The notes beneath the pieces were generated by a model. The model was not told the origin of the DNA and did no database searches. It was given only the letters and a program-made list of their open reading frames with translations. Below are positions 26,751 to 39,769 of a DNA stretch of 64,000 nucleotides, in pieces. Both the position numbers and the translations under genes were made by a program. Origin of the DNA: Camelus ferus (lineage: Eukaryota); the NCBI RefSeq assembly GCF_009834535.1, contig NC_045696.1:1240001-1304000 (forward strand), in the 5' to 3' direction. Within the stretch, counting starts at the first letter, position 1. Every line of letters begins with the position of its first letter.

Positions 26751-27409
26751 CACCCCGCACCCCACCACCCAGAACAGCGCCCCCCACTCACTGGAATGTG
26801 CTAAGTGAACACTTTCTAGAGCTTCGAGTGAGCATCTGCCTTCCGCACTTGCCGGCGGCTCCACGCACTTTGGGGGGACTAGCATTTGCATCCCCCTCTG
26901 TTCTGAGCCGTTTTCTCTCAGTTGTTCCACTTCTCATATAAGGTCACGCTCGTTTATGTTTATTTTCCTCCGAAGTTTGACCATGCTCGTTCCCTTATGT
27001 CTGTGATCAATGCAAGTGGCTGGCGTGGCTGCTTCTGTTTCTTTCTGGGAAGTGGCTCCAGCTCCTGGGGAGCCTGGAAGAAAAGCCAGGACCCACGCCC
27101 CTCCTGGACCAAGAGCCCGAAGCCCAGTGCGGCCCCGCCTGGCTGTCCGAGGGAAGCGCGCCACGGCAGCCCTCCTGCGGGCCCGGCTGGCCGCTCCCCG
27201 TGCGACCCGGGGCACCGCTCGGTAGGGGACAAACACACGGCCCTCGAAGCTCCATGTCCTCACGTGACCAATTCTCTGCTGCCAGGACACCCTCACCTTC
27301 ACTCTGGGGTGTTTTCCTCGGCACAGTTTTGTCAGGGTGTCACCAGCACACCTGGCCGACCACCAGCACCTGCCCAGTGTGCGGCCAGTCCCCTCAGGCC
27401 AAGTCAATG

Positions 27410-29815
27410 GTTTCCTTTGTGCTGCGCAAAAGCTTTTAGGTTTAACTAGGTCCCATTTGTTTATTTTTGCTTTTATTTCTTTTGCCTTGGAGATACATCC
27501 AAGAACGTATTGCTACAATCTGTCAGAGTGTTCTGCCCATGTTTTCTTCTAGGAGTTTTATGGTTTCAGGTCTTACACTAGGTCGTTAAACCACTCTGAG
27601 CTTACTTCAGTGTGCGGTGCAAAGGAGTGCTGTGCCTCGCTGACGTGCACGCTGCTGCCCAGTCTTCCTGGCACCACTTGCTGAAGGGACTGTATTACCT
27701 CCACTGTGTATTCTCGCCTCCCTGGCACCGGTTAACTGACCGCAGGCGCATCAGTCCGTGTCTGGGCTCTCTATTCCGTTCCACTGGGCGATGAGCCGGT
27801 GTCTGCGCCAGCACCATGCTGCGCTGACCGCTGCAGCTCTGTAGCACGGTCTGAAGTCCGGGAGGATTCTATCTTCAGCTTTGTTCTTTTTTTCTCAGGA
27901 TTGCTTTGGCACTTTGGGGCATTTAGTGGTTCTATACGAATTTTAGGATTATTTGTTCAAGTTCTGTGAAAAACGGCATGAATAGTGGTAGGGATTGCAT
28001 TAAATCTGCAGACTGCTTTGGGTGCAATGGCCATTTTAACAATATTAATTCTTCCAAACCAAGGACACAGGATATCCTTCTATATTTTTGTATCGCCTTC
28101 AATTTCCTTCATCAGTGTTTTATAGTTTTCAGAGTTTAGGTCTTTTACCTCTTTGGTTAAGTTTATTACTAAGTATTTTATTCTGTTTGATGCAATTTTA
28201 AACAGAATTTTTTTTTTTTTTTTTTTTTACTTTCTCTCTCTGATGTTCATTGTTAGTGTACAAAACAGCAGGTTTCTGTGTGGTGATCACGTGTCCTGCA
28301 ACCTTGCTGAGTTCACTTACTATCTGACAGTATTTGGGAGGAGACTGTAGGACTCCCTGTATAGAGTGTTGTGACATCTACAGACAGTGGCAGTTTTACC
28401 TCATTCCTTCCAAGTTGGATGCCTTTTACTTCTTTTTCTTGTCTGATTGCTATGGCTACGACTTCCAATACTATGTTAAATAGGAGTGGTGAGAGTGGGC
28501 ATCCTTGTCTTGTTCCTGAATTTAGCAGGAAGGCATTCAGTTTTTCACCAGTGAGTACTATGCTGGTTGTGGGTTTGTTGTAAATGGCCTTTATTATGTT
28601 GAGGTATGTTCCCTCTACACCCACTTTAATGAGAGATTTTTTTTAATCATAAATGGATATTGAATTTTATCAAATTCTTTTTCTGTGTTTATTGAAATGA
28701 CTATATGGCTTCCATCTTTATTTCTGTTAATGTGGTGTATCACAATGATTGATTTTCATATGTTGTGTCATCCTTGTGACCCTGGGATGAATCTAACTTG
28801 ACCACAGTATATGATCCTTGTTATGTATTGTTGAGTCCAGCTTGCTAATATTTCATTAATGATTTTTGTATCTATTTTCATCAAAGATATTGGTCCTTAA
28901 TATTCTTTTTTGTAGTTTCTTTGTCTGGTTTTGGTATCAGGGTAACAGTGGCCTCATAGAATAAATTTGGGCGTATTCCACCCTCTTCAGGTTTTTTGAA
29001 TAGTTTGAGAAGGATTGGTATAAATTCTTCTTTATACGTTTGGTAGAATTCCCCGTGAAGCCATCTGGTCCTGGACTTCTGTTTGCTAGGAGTTTTTGTT
29101 TTTGTTTTTGTTTTTAATTACAAATCAATTTCACTTCTAGTGATTGGTCTTGTTCAAATTGTCTGTTTCTTCTTGACAGTCTTGGCAGGCTGTACATTTC
29201 TAGAAATTTGTCCACTTCTTCTAGGTTGTCCAATTTGATGGCATGTAACTGTTCACAGCGTTCTCTTATGATCGTTTGTATCTCTGTGGTATTGGTTATA
29301 GTTCTCCTCTTTCGTTTCTTATGTTGTTTATTTAAGGCCTCTCTCTCTTCTTCTTGGTGAGCCTGGCTGAAGGTTTATCATTTTTTTTTTTCCATCTGTA
29401 CAAAAGACCAGCTCTTGGTTTCGCTGGTCTTTTCTATTGTTTTTTTTTTTTTTAACCTCTATTTTATTTACTTCCTCTTCGATCTTTATTATTTACTTCC
29501 TTCTGCTGACTTTGGGCTTTGTTCTTCTTTTCCTAATCTTTTTAAATGGTAGGTTAGGTTGTTTCTTTGAGATTTTTTTGTTTCTTGAGGAAGGCCTGTA
29601 TTGCTGTGAACGTCCCTCTTAGAGCTGCTTTTGCAACATCCCACGTATTTTGGAAAGTTGTGTTTCCACTTTCATTTGTCTTGAGGTATTTTCTGATTTC
29701 CTCTTTGGTTCATTGCTGACCCACTGGCTTTTTAGTAGCTTGTTGTTTAGTCTCCATGTATTTGTTCTTTACCCGTTTTTATTCTAGTTTCACACCATTG
29801 TGGTTGAAAAATGCG
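27410..29815 (-). mobile_element. LINE-1 ORF2 segment (reverse transcriptase region), better preserved copy
   Basis: ORF 28313-28624 reads [16 protein letters not shown]...[20 protein letters not shown], the L1 RT signature; T-rich plus strand. Confidence 0.96.
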
Positions 29816-29837
29816 CTCAAGCTGGCTGTGTTCCCTT

Positions 29838-30010
29838 ATTTATTTTTCTATTGAGTTATCGCCAGTTTACAACGTTGTGTCAATTTCTGGTGCACAGCAC
29901 AGTGCTTCAGGCATACGTGAACATACATATGTTCATTTCCACGCTCTTTTTCACCGTAAGCCGCTGTAAGACACTGAATATATTTCTCTGTGCGGTGCAG
30001 TGTGAGCCTG
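29838..30010 (-). mobile_element. LINE-1 3'-end fragment
   Basis: TTGAGTTATCGCCAGTTTACAACGTTGTGTCAATTTCTGGTGCACAGCA resembles the antisense 3' terminus of cetartiodactyl L1s (recalled). Confidence 0.65.
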
Positions 30011-30029
30011 TCTGCATACACCGGCTGCT

Positions 30030-30925
30030 CCCTCCACGTGTGTTTCTTCTGCTCTTCACACTGGGGGCTCCGCCCCAAAGGAGGGGATGGCGGAAGCAGC
30101 GGGGCTCGTGCGCTCACAGTGGTCCAGAGCGCCGCCTGTGTGGGCGTCCGTGGCTCCGCTCGGGTGCAGCCCTCAGCCTCCTCTCTCCACTGCGTGGCCG
30201 CCCCAGACCTAGTGCTGTGCCGTGTGTGGAGCTGGCGGGGCTGGACTAAGGCGCCTGGCAAGGCCGTCGTGGGAGTCCAGGTGGCCGCGCTGCCGTCAGA
30301 AGTCTGGGCTGCTTTGGGGCACCGCTTGGGCTGAGCTCCAACAGCGGCCGCATCACCCTGCCTGGGCCCCACCCCGGGCCTCTGAGTCGCCTCTGCGTCC
30401 CTACATGGAGTCTCTTCCCCGGTCTTGGCCGCCCTGGGTCCAGTGCCAAGGTGTGGCGTGGAGCGAGCAGGGCCAGCGCGTTGGGCAGACCTCTCTCCAT
30501 CTGGGCGGGCTCAGCCAGCACCGCGTCCTCCTCACGAGTTTAGTCCAGGCTTCTCCCACCTTCTGTCTGTACCCCGGCTCTCCCAGCGGCCAGCCAGCCT
30601 TGCCTCCTGCACGTCGGACAAAGCCTGCGGCTCCACCCGCTGTCTCCCAGGGCAGGCATCTGCCCCTGCGCCCTCCCCTTTCCCAGGGAGCGACCTCCCC
30701 TTTCCTGGGAGCCCCCTCCCGTGAGTGCAGGCCCTGCCCCGGTGCTTTTCTTCCCATTCTGCCGATTCCGTGGGAACCTTCCTCGCAGCCTTGCCCTGGC
30801 TGTGCAGGAGTCCCGTGTCAGCGTCCGGCTGGCTCTCCGTGAGAATCTTCCCACAGGCGGATGGATTTTTGATGTGTCCGCGGCGGGAGGTGAGCTCCAC
30901 ACCATCTCCTCCTGCATCCTGATCT
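30030..30925 (-). mobile_element. GC-rich LINE-1 5'UTR remnant
   Basis: GTGAGAATCTTCCCACAGG...TTTTTGATGTG...GGAGGTGAGCTCCAC matches the antisense 5' terminus motif of laurasiatherian L1s (recalled). Confidence 0.55.
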
Positions 30926-33023
30926 CTCCCTGCCTGTTACTGTTTTGTGACGGTGTCGGCAGTAGAGCCAGCACTGAGAGGAGTCTGACCCCATGAGCCG
31001 GGGCAGCCTGGCTGTCCCCACAGCCCCGGGACAGTCAAGCACCTTGGTCCTACCTCTTGAGATCTCTCAGGGTGCCTGACAGCACACCGGCCAGTAGAGA
31101 AACTCAGACTCAAGGGCCAACGGAGTGAACGAGACGCAGAACTGTTCTGAGACTCGCAGGTGTCGGATCTGAAACTCAACGGAAAAGGAGGAGTGCGAAG
31201 GCGCTGAGGCTCTGCTTCCAAGTCCCCGGGAAGAGCCGCACCTGAGCGTCAGAGGCGGGGCTCATGCGGCGCCGCTGCCACCCGCAGGTCCCTCCTGGGC
31301 GTTTACTTTCTATGCTGAAATGCAAGTGAAATCCTTCTCGTTTTAACCTTGTCGGCATTTGCAAGAACAGCCCATCGCTACATCGTTCATGAACGTCTGT
31401 CTTGTCTGCTCTGGTTTCCAGGCAAACCAGCTGCTCTCCGCGCCACCCTCCGCGCCATCCTCCGCAGCACGTCGTGGCCCATTCTCGTCGCTCCCCGAGG
31501 ACGCAAAGCTCTCTCGCTGCTGTTACACACCACTCTGTCCCAGCATGGGAGTGGCCCGCGGTAAACTGAGAGGTGGAAAAAGAGCAACAACCCGCGTGAC
31601 TGGTTACACGCACACGTCTGCACTGCAAGAGGACCAGAGGGGCCCCAGGATGCTGGTTCCTCCCTGGACCAGTCACTCACTCCCTGTGGGACCTCGCTGT
31701 GAGAGAGAGAGTTCTGAGGGCTTTGCCGTGGGGCCCTGCACAGGGCAGTGGGCCCTCCCAAACCGTTATGACAGCGACACCCCCTCCAGATTTCTCTGGA
31801 CCAAATCTTTCATCTGGGTGGCACCTGTCGTGGTATCTGCCTCTGAGCTGGATTCCCCGGGAGGCCGGACCTCGCAGCTGCTCTGCGGGGCATCCTGCTG
31901 CCCTCCCTCTCAGGCCTTGCTCCCCTACCCCAAGGCGTCTTCTCCCAGCTCCCTGCAGTGCCAATGTGAGCTCTCTCAAAGGGACACAAAACACCACTGG
32001 TTCCAAATAAAGCATTTATCCGAAGTGAGCCATTTCAAACAGTTTGCATTCTGAAATAGACTTTGAGGCCAGTGACCTTGTCTCCCGGCTCAGCATTCGA
32101 GAAACACTTGCTCCCTGAGACCTGAGGCTGTCCCCGAGTTTCACTGGTCTGGGAGGGCTGTGCCGATACTCGGCCCAGCCCATCCTGGGCAGGTGAAGAA
32201 GCCGCACGGGGCTGCCGAAGAGGCGAGCTCCAAGCCAGGCCTGCGGCAGGGGGCGCGACCGCAAGGGCTGAGCATCCCGCTGGGGATCAGAAGTGATGTC
32301 AGGCAGGAAGACAGAAGAGCAGACTCTTTTGCTATTTATAACTTCATGTTTTTAACAAATCTGCACGGAGCAGCACCAAAGCAGTATTGTCCGCGTGTTT
32401 GTACAGATATGGATGCACCTCACGCACACGACGTGGGAAGAACACACCTGACCTCTGTCAGTGAGCCCTCCTCCCAGCACCTCAGAACACGCTTCCAGCA
32501 AAACGACCCTGTCTTTTCAGATCACGGTGACAGAGGCAACAATGCTCGGCACCGTTCAACCAGGCACCTGCCAACAGCTCTTCCTGAGCACCGCCCACGT
32601 GCCACGGACTCCACACGACGTTCCAGTGTCTATGAACATAAAAGACAAGCGACAGCTGAAATGAAACAGGGCAGTCTTCCTTCAGACACAGGCCAGAGAC
32701 TAAACAGGGAAGATTACTTTCTGACTCATGAGAAATTCATACACCAGCACACACCAGAATACACTTACTTCACGTCTACCAGCAGAACGCCAACGGACGT
32801 GCGCTACAGCTTCAACTGACACGCCATCGCATTTTATCAGTCTATTTTTTTTCTTAAAAGATAACGGATAAGGTTAGAGAGCTGTAAGATTTGCCCCATA
32901 ACAACCTTTGTTTTTCTTGGTTCTGGCAGAATTTATGTGCTTTAAGAGACATGCTTTCAAATAAAATTCCACACTGCTTTCCTCCAGTTAAAAATGTGCC
33001 AGTAGCGAGCACCACAGAACACG

Positions 33024-33024
<1 letters not shown>

Positions 33025-33072
<48 letters not shown>
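33025..33072. repeat. (CA)24 microsatellite, read as (UG)24 in the pre-mRNA
   Basis: Perfect 48-nt dinucleotide run ~90 nt downstream of the exon 7a donor in transcript orientation. Confidence 0.98.
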
Positions 33073-33076
<4 letters not shown>

Positions 33077-33164
33077 GAAAGAGGCATTCTAGTTTAGGGT
33101 TACGGGTTTAGTTCTGAGCTTAAAAAAAGTAAGTAAAGCGATATTTTCAAAAGGATAAAAATAC

Positions 33165-33257
33165 CTTAACTGTGTCCTTTTAAACAAGGGCGAACTGAGA
33201 GCTTAGGACCCTTGAATTCAAAAGCGCTCGCTCACTTTACTGCTAGCCTCTGACACT
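33165..33257 (-). other. ADARB1: 93-nt poison cassette exon (exon 7a type)
   Basis: Acceptor TTGTTTTTCTTCTAG|AGTG, donor TTAAG|GTATTT, exactly 93 nt, stops in all three frames; the ADAR2 frame reads ECQRLAVK* (TGA at 33232-33234). Size and position agree with the ADAR2 exon 7a as I recall it. Confidence 0.8.
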
Positions 33258-33723
33258 CTAGAAGAAAAACAACAAACAACCGGTAACACAGGGCACGGGG
33301 GAGGGGGGTGGTCGCCCGCTTGTCCCGGCACGCGCTGCAGCACCGGCCTCCTCCGGGCGGCCCGCTCACCGCCGTGGGCGCCTGTCCCGCGAGGCCCAGC
33401 CCAGCTTAAGCTAGGGCGGCTGATGCCTGCATAACCCTCGTGGCTGGCATCTGTGAGCCTCTACGGCTGAGACGTAAGGATGGGTGAACGGGCCGCACAG
33501 GGGTGCAGGACCTGGGCTGTAATTTCCCCATAAACGGCAAGGTTTTCAGTCGGCAAGAGACAGTAACCCCGAGGGACTCCCTTAAATGACCCATTGCCTC
33601 TGCCCTTCAGAACGGCCAGCCCCCACCACAGGGCAGCTGCCCCCGCCCAGAACTGTACTCCTAAGACTTCCACGCTGCAAACCAGGTCCGTGGGGAGAGG
33701 ACACAGGCCATGGAGATACTTGC

Positions 33724-33905
33724 CGCTGAGCAGAGGCTTGTTGAGGGTGTAGAGGGGGGGCAAGTCTTCTATGTTGGAGATGCGCTGGTACATGGCCCTG
33801 GAGAGGTGGTCCCCATGGTACAGGCTGCCCAGGATGATGCTGGACAAGTAGATCGGCTCCACGAAGACGCTGAGCAAGGAGCCCTGGACGCCCACCACGT
33901 TCCAC
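33724..33905 (-). CDS. ADARB1: ADAR2 coding exon 7, ending at a non-canonical GC donor
   Basis: CCCCCAG|GTGGAAC ... CTCAGCG|GCAAGT; 182 nt; [12 protein letters not shown]...[14 protein letters not shown]. Only the GC donor keeps frame with exon 8. Confidence 0.97.
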
Positions 33906-36900
33906 CTGGGGGCACAGGGACAGGAGCTCAGTGCGGGCGGCCTCGGGCTCACCACCCCACCGCGCTGACACCAACGTGCTGGGGGTTCTGTGCACGTGCC
34001 AGCCATTCAAAGAGGAAACGGGTGACTCAGCAGCTAAACATTTTATAAAGAAAAACCTGCTTAAAAGTCATCTAGAGCTGGGACGACCTTTGGTCCGTGT
34101 TTCTCTTGACGACACATTTACTGAAGATCACTTAGGGAAAGGTGTCAGTAAGCCACGCTTCTCGCAAGAAAAATCAACCAGAAAAGCAAATCTCTGTTTT
34201 ATTACGTTAGTAAAGACGGGAGCCCTAAAGGAGCCCCTGCGCATGGGAACTGATGCTTCCTGCTCCGAGAGGGGGTCAGCCCGCGCTCTGGCTCAAGCCA
34301 AATGGCTGGGACCACGGCCGCCTCCCCATCCCTGTCACAGGCCAGCGGCCAGCAAACCTTGGGACTTTCTCTCTGAACAGATCAGGGGCTGCTGGTGCCA
34401 CTGCCTCTGCTGATCCCGGGTCAGGTCACCTCCTGCCCACTTCGCCGCCCCTCCCAAGGGCAATCCAGTGACCACAGCCCCCGGCCCCAGGGGCCCAGCC
34501 CACGCAGGACAGGCCGCTCTGAGTGCGAAACCTCCCGATACTCCCCATCTTCCTCCCAAATGACACCATCCCAGTCCCTCCAGCCTGTCTGACCTGGCAT
34601 TCCTCAGCTCCCTGCCTCCTGCCACCACCCCTCCCCCAGGCTCCGGCCGCCGGGCTCCTTCTGCTCCCTCAGGACCTTGACCACCATCCCTTCACCCTGG
34701 AACACAGTCCCCAGACAGTCCCTGGCCTCAGCGCCCCCATCTCTGTCTGCAGCCATCACCTGAGCCAAACTGGTCCCCACATTGGTTGGCTAACTTCCCG
34801 CAAAACTTACCCCCCCCAAACCCGCCCAAGTACAGAAGCTCCACACCGGAGGGTCTCTGTTTAATTCACCGGAGCTGCACACTTGGTACACGCAGAGCAG
34901 CAAATACGTGCTGAACAGGCAGTAAGTCCTGACTCCGACAGCCCAGGCCTCCCACTCCCTAACAAGGAAATTAAAACCTGGTTTTCCTGCCCAGTGAGAA
35001 AGCAGGAGACAACTCAGCGCTTACAAAGTGCACGGGTCGCTTTCTCAAGTAAGTCAGAAGCTGAGAGCAGCCGCCCGGGGAACCTTCAGAGCCGTGATCT
35101 GGCAGAAGCCTGTGTTGTTACAAGCCATAGATGCCGAACACAGGCCTCGTCGCAGGAGCCAGGAGCCCGGCCGCTCTGCGGAGGCCCTGGGATGGAACCG
35201 CTGGGGCACGCCTCCCGCCAGCGAGCCCTGCGACGGTGAGGGCGAGACTCCCCCGGGAGAAAGACCCAGCAGGGCTGGGCAGTGATGGCGACAGGGCATG
35301 CTCAGGCAAAGCTGGAAGCCGGCACAGGGGGTGCTGCGCCCCTGCCTGGCCGACCCCACGACCCCGTGACCCACGAGCGGCCTCCTGCTCTCCCCCTTCC
35401 TTACACGTTACCTCTGGAGCACGGGGTTCAGAGCAGGTCCTGCTGCCTCACCCCCATCCGGCTTCCCTGCACTGACCCCAGCCTACCCCCAGCACAGCGG
35501 AAGCCCCTTTCCCCCTACAGCTCTGAACAGCCAAGCTGCAGCCCTGGGGGTGGGGGTGCACCCAGAGCCTGGAGGCTGGGACCCTCCCTCTCATGGCCCA
35601 GCAGAGCTGGTGGGTCCCTGCAGGCCCCTCCCATCGCTGCGCCCCATGCAGCTCCCGTGCCACATCTCAGCCACACTGCCCACTGGATGGACAGACGGCA
35701 CCTCCCTTCTCACCTGAGCCCACGGCCCCAGGTCAGCTGGCCTGGCGCCTGCCCATCGACCTTCCCTGGGGACTCTACACGCCCTCTCGGCAGGGACCGG
35801 GGCGCGGCGGGGGCGCCCTCCAGCCAGGGGCGGTGTGGTGTTGAATGACAGGCTTCTTTCAGCGATTCAAAGTTTACGCAAATGAGGAGGGAGAGGCTGG
35901 TCTCCAGGGAAACCAGCCACAGATCGCAGGCTGGGACTCAGCCCCGCCCCCACCCTTCCCTGGAGGGGAGGGGCTGGGTTGAGTTAATCACCAAGGGCCA
36001 AGGAACCGATCAATCTGCACGAAGACCCCTAGGGTCAGGGCTAGGAGCTGGGGGCTGGGACACCCCCTTCCCCCCGCACCCCCAGGACCCCCACCAACTG
36101 GCTGCTTCCTGGGTGGTTTCCCTGATAGATAACCAGCCAGTAAACCTAAAGCGGAGGTTTCCCCTGAGCTCTGGGAGCCATTCCACCAAGGTCCTCAACC
36201 CAGGGAGGGTCAAGGGACCCTCGGGGTGCAGCCCAGTCAGACCCTGGGCACCCAATGCCAGCACCCGGTGGCTGAGGCGCAGCCTCGTGGGTGAGCCCCG
36301 AAACTGGGGGTCTGCACTAACCCCGGGAGGTGTCAGACCTGAGCTGACCTGCAGGGCGCCAGCCGGCATGGGGTGCAGGGGGGGCCCCCTGGAGTCGAGG
36401 GGTGAGAGGAGGAGCGGCTGGGCGCTTGTCCCAACGCCGTCCCTGCCAGGAGCCGTCCCTGCGCCCTGTGCTCCCGCCCTGTTCACCTCTGCCTTCTCCT
36501 TGAGATGAGGCACCGTCCACACGGACCTCAAGGCTTCACATCACTGAGGCCTGACTTTCAAGCGTGGTGGGGGGGGCCCGCATTTCAAGGAGGCAGAACG
36601 GTCACATCCTGCCAGCAAGGGCCGTTGGCTGAGCTGCGGGAACTGTCTTTATACCCCCTGCTGGTTCTGTGTGTCAGAACCCTCTTCCCAGTGCGTGGCC
36701 TTCTATTCATAGTGCATCTGTGGGGTTTTTAGTGCATAAGTTTTAAAATCTCAATTCAGCCAAATTTATTCATGTTTTGCTTTATAACTTGGGTTTCTTG
36801 TGCCCTGTTTGAGAAACCGCCGAGGTGGAGGCTCCAAATGCTGCCGGGCACCCCTTTTCACACCCGGGTCCTCCTCTGTCTGGAAGATGCTTCCGTGCAC

Positions 36901-38429
36901 GGGCGGGAGGAGGGCTCAGTTCCCTGCGTGCACACGGTCCCCACGCTGACCATGCCACCTCTTCCGTGAGTCGCACACAGCACAGACCACAGCAGCGGCC
37001 CCGCGTTCCCTCCCTTCCGGGCGACAGAGCCTCCATCCTCCTCCAGACGGCTCCCCGAGCCTGCTCCGCAGGGAGACTTGACCCCTGCCCGGGCTCTAGA
37101 TGGTGAAACGTAGCTGCTCAGGGGCACAGAGCCAGCTGGCGGCCTGCCACCGGGCCCTCTGCTGCCAGGGACTCAGACCCCAGGCTGGCATCTGGCCACC
37201 TCTGGGCGCTGGGAAGGCTCTGAGGACAGGATGCAGGATGGACAGGGTGGGAAGCCGGAACCCGGCCTCCGGGCAACCAGAGACCCAGCGCAGCAGCTCT
37301 GGGTGACCTGCCTTTGCGTGTGCTCTCCCGTGAGAGAGGAGCACGCTTCCATTTGGTTCACGCTTCCTTTTAAGTAGCGGCAAACTCAGCATCAGCGGTT
37401 CTCCCTGCACCCGGCCGTCTCTTCCAGATCTGTCCCCCGTGACAGCAGCCTTCTGCTGCCACCGCCCGGACTTACACTGTTACTCTTCCACCTGAGTGTT
37501 GGGATAGATCTTCAAGTGCTATGAAAAATGATGAGACTTCAGTTACATTGCTTTACTTACAGACGTGGAAAAACCTGGCCAGACGAGTCCGAGTGCTACT
37601 GGAGCTGGTGTGCGCGTGCCTGTCTGCACTGCGGCTGGCCTGCCGCCTCGCCCCGCCCCGTCTGGCTGGGGGACACAGGCAGCAGCACCCCGCAGTATGA
37701 GCTGGGGCTCTTCCCCTGTTCTTCTGATCTCTAGACACAGACAAGCGGGGACAGCTGCCCGCCCCCAAAGTGCAGAGGACTCGGGGAGAGCCATTTCTCT
37801 ACACAGCCACCTCCTTTCTCTGAGTTTCTTCAACTTCTTTCTTTCCTGGAAGTGGGGGACTGGTTTAATACCTTTAATGCCTACAATTCCATTCAAATTT
37901 TCTGCTTTGCTTGAGTCAATTTTAAGAAAGCACACTTTTCTAAAACCTTTTAACTTCAGCTCAGTTTCAGGACCCGCGGGGAGGGAAGCTGTCCGTAGCG
38001 CCCCTCACAGCTGCTGGGGCGCCCGGCCACGCCGCCTCCCCTGCCCCCGCTGGGCCTGACGGCCGGGCCCGGGGCCCCATCGCGCTCCTGCAGCGGCTGC
38101 GCTGGCCTGGCTGCTGTGGTCGCTCATCTCCGCTGCACACGAAACGCCGTCTCCCCCCACCCCCCGCCGCTGTTCCCTTCTTCGCGCTCATGCGCGTTTG
38201 TTCCATTGCTCGCACTCTGTTGTTTACTCACGACCGTTCTCTCGCTCGCCTGGGATTTCTTCTCCGCAAGCGGCTGGGGGGCGTCGGACACGCAGGCCCC
38301 TGCCCGTGGTGCAGGCGGGCAGAGGTGCACAGCCCCGCGAGCTCTCCGAAGCCTCCGCACGCCCTGCCCCAGGCCCCGTGCCCGCTGCCCCGCCCTCGCG
38401 CCTGGCCTGCTGTCTGTCCCTGCAAGGTG

Positions 38430-39745
38430 GTCTGCATTTGCTAGACGTCTGCGCACGTGGAGTCACACAGCAAGCACTCCTTCCACTCTGGTTCCGCGCA
38501 CTCTGCACCACTGCTCTGCGACGTGTCCGTGTGGGCTCGGCTACATCGCTGTTCACTCTGTTTCTCGCCGGAGCAGTGTTCTGTCGCACGGACACACCCC
38601 GTTTACACACTGGGCTGCTTCCCGCTTTCAGAGACGCCGCTGGGAGTGCCCCTGGGTGAGTCTGCGTGACACGTGCTTCCACGTCCCTCGGGAAGCAGAG
38701 CGGCAGAACAGCTGGGCGTTGGGCAGGGGCACCTTTAACCTTCAAGAAACCATCAGACTGTCTTCCAAGGTGACTACGCTACTTACACCCCAGCAGGGCT
38801 GGGGCCGGCCTGCCTGCTGGCTCGCCACGCCGGCGTCTGTCCACAGGTCTGCTGGGCATCGCTTTAGTGAAGTGGCCGTTCAGATATTCCGCCCGTCCTT
38901 TAAACAGTTCTTCCTCCTCGTTGGGTTTTGAGGGTCTTTACATGTCCTGGGTCCAGGTCCTTTATCAGACACATGATTTGGAAACATTTTCTTCCAGTCA
39001 GTGACTTTATTTCTCATTCTTTTAATAGTGTTTTTCAACGAAGTAATTTTTAACTCGATGAGGTCCAGTTTACCGTTTTTTCCCTTTATGGAGAGTGCTT
39101 CTGGTGTTGTATCTGGGAAACTGCCCATCCCAGGTGCCAGGATTGTTTCCTGTTTCCTTCTGGAACTTTTGCACGTTTAGGTCTATGACATGTTTTGAGT
39201 TAATTTTTGCCTATGGTGCAAAACGTGAAGTTCATTTGGCTGTTTTCACGTTGGGGTCTCCAATTATCCCAGCACCATTTGTTAAAAAGACTATTCTTTC
39301 TTTACTGAATTGGTGTTGAGCCTTGATCAAAAAGTAGTTGTGACAATGAACAAGTGAAATTCAAAGCAGTACTGTTTACATTATTAATACCTCCGAAAAT
39401 TAAATACTTAGGTATGAATCTAACAAAACATACACAGGACCTATAGAAGGAAACTACAAAGCTGATGAGGGAGTCAAGCAACCAAATAAACGAGAGCTGC
39501 CTCGTATTCACGGACAGAAGACTCAACACTGTCACGGCGTCAGCTCTTCGCAGCCAGATCTATAGGCTCAGCACAGAACCCGCCAGAACCCCAGCAAGGT
39601 ATCTTGCGGATGTCGACAGCTGATCCTGAGGACGGGGCAGAAGGCCCAGAAGAGCCTCCAGCTCCCCGGAGGGGGACAAACAGCTGGAGAATGGGCACGA
39701 CCGGCTTCACAGCTCACCACGAAGCCGCAGTCTTTGTGACGTTGA
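38430..39745 (-). mobile_element. 5'-truncated LINE-1 with an inverted 5' segment (minus 38430-39340; plus 39345-39745)
   Basis: The minus part encodes ORF2 C-terminal motifs (LFNKWCWDNW; KLDLIELK...DWKKMFPNHVSDKG). The plus part encodes the preceding ORF2 stretch (IKYLGMNLTK...NYK). Confidence 0.8.
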
Positions 39746-39769
39746 GACTTATCAGGAAGGTGCACTTCA

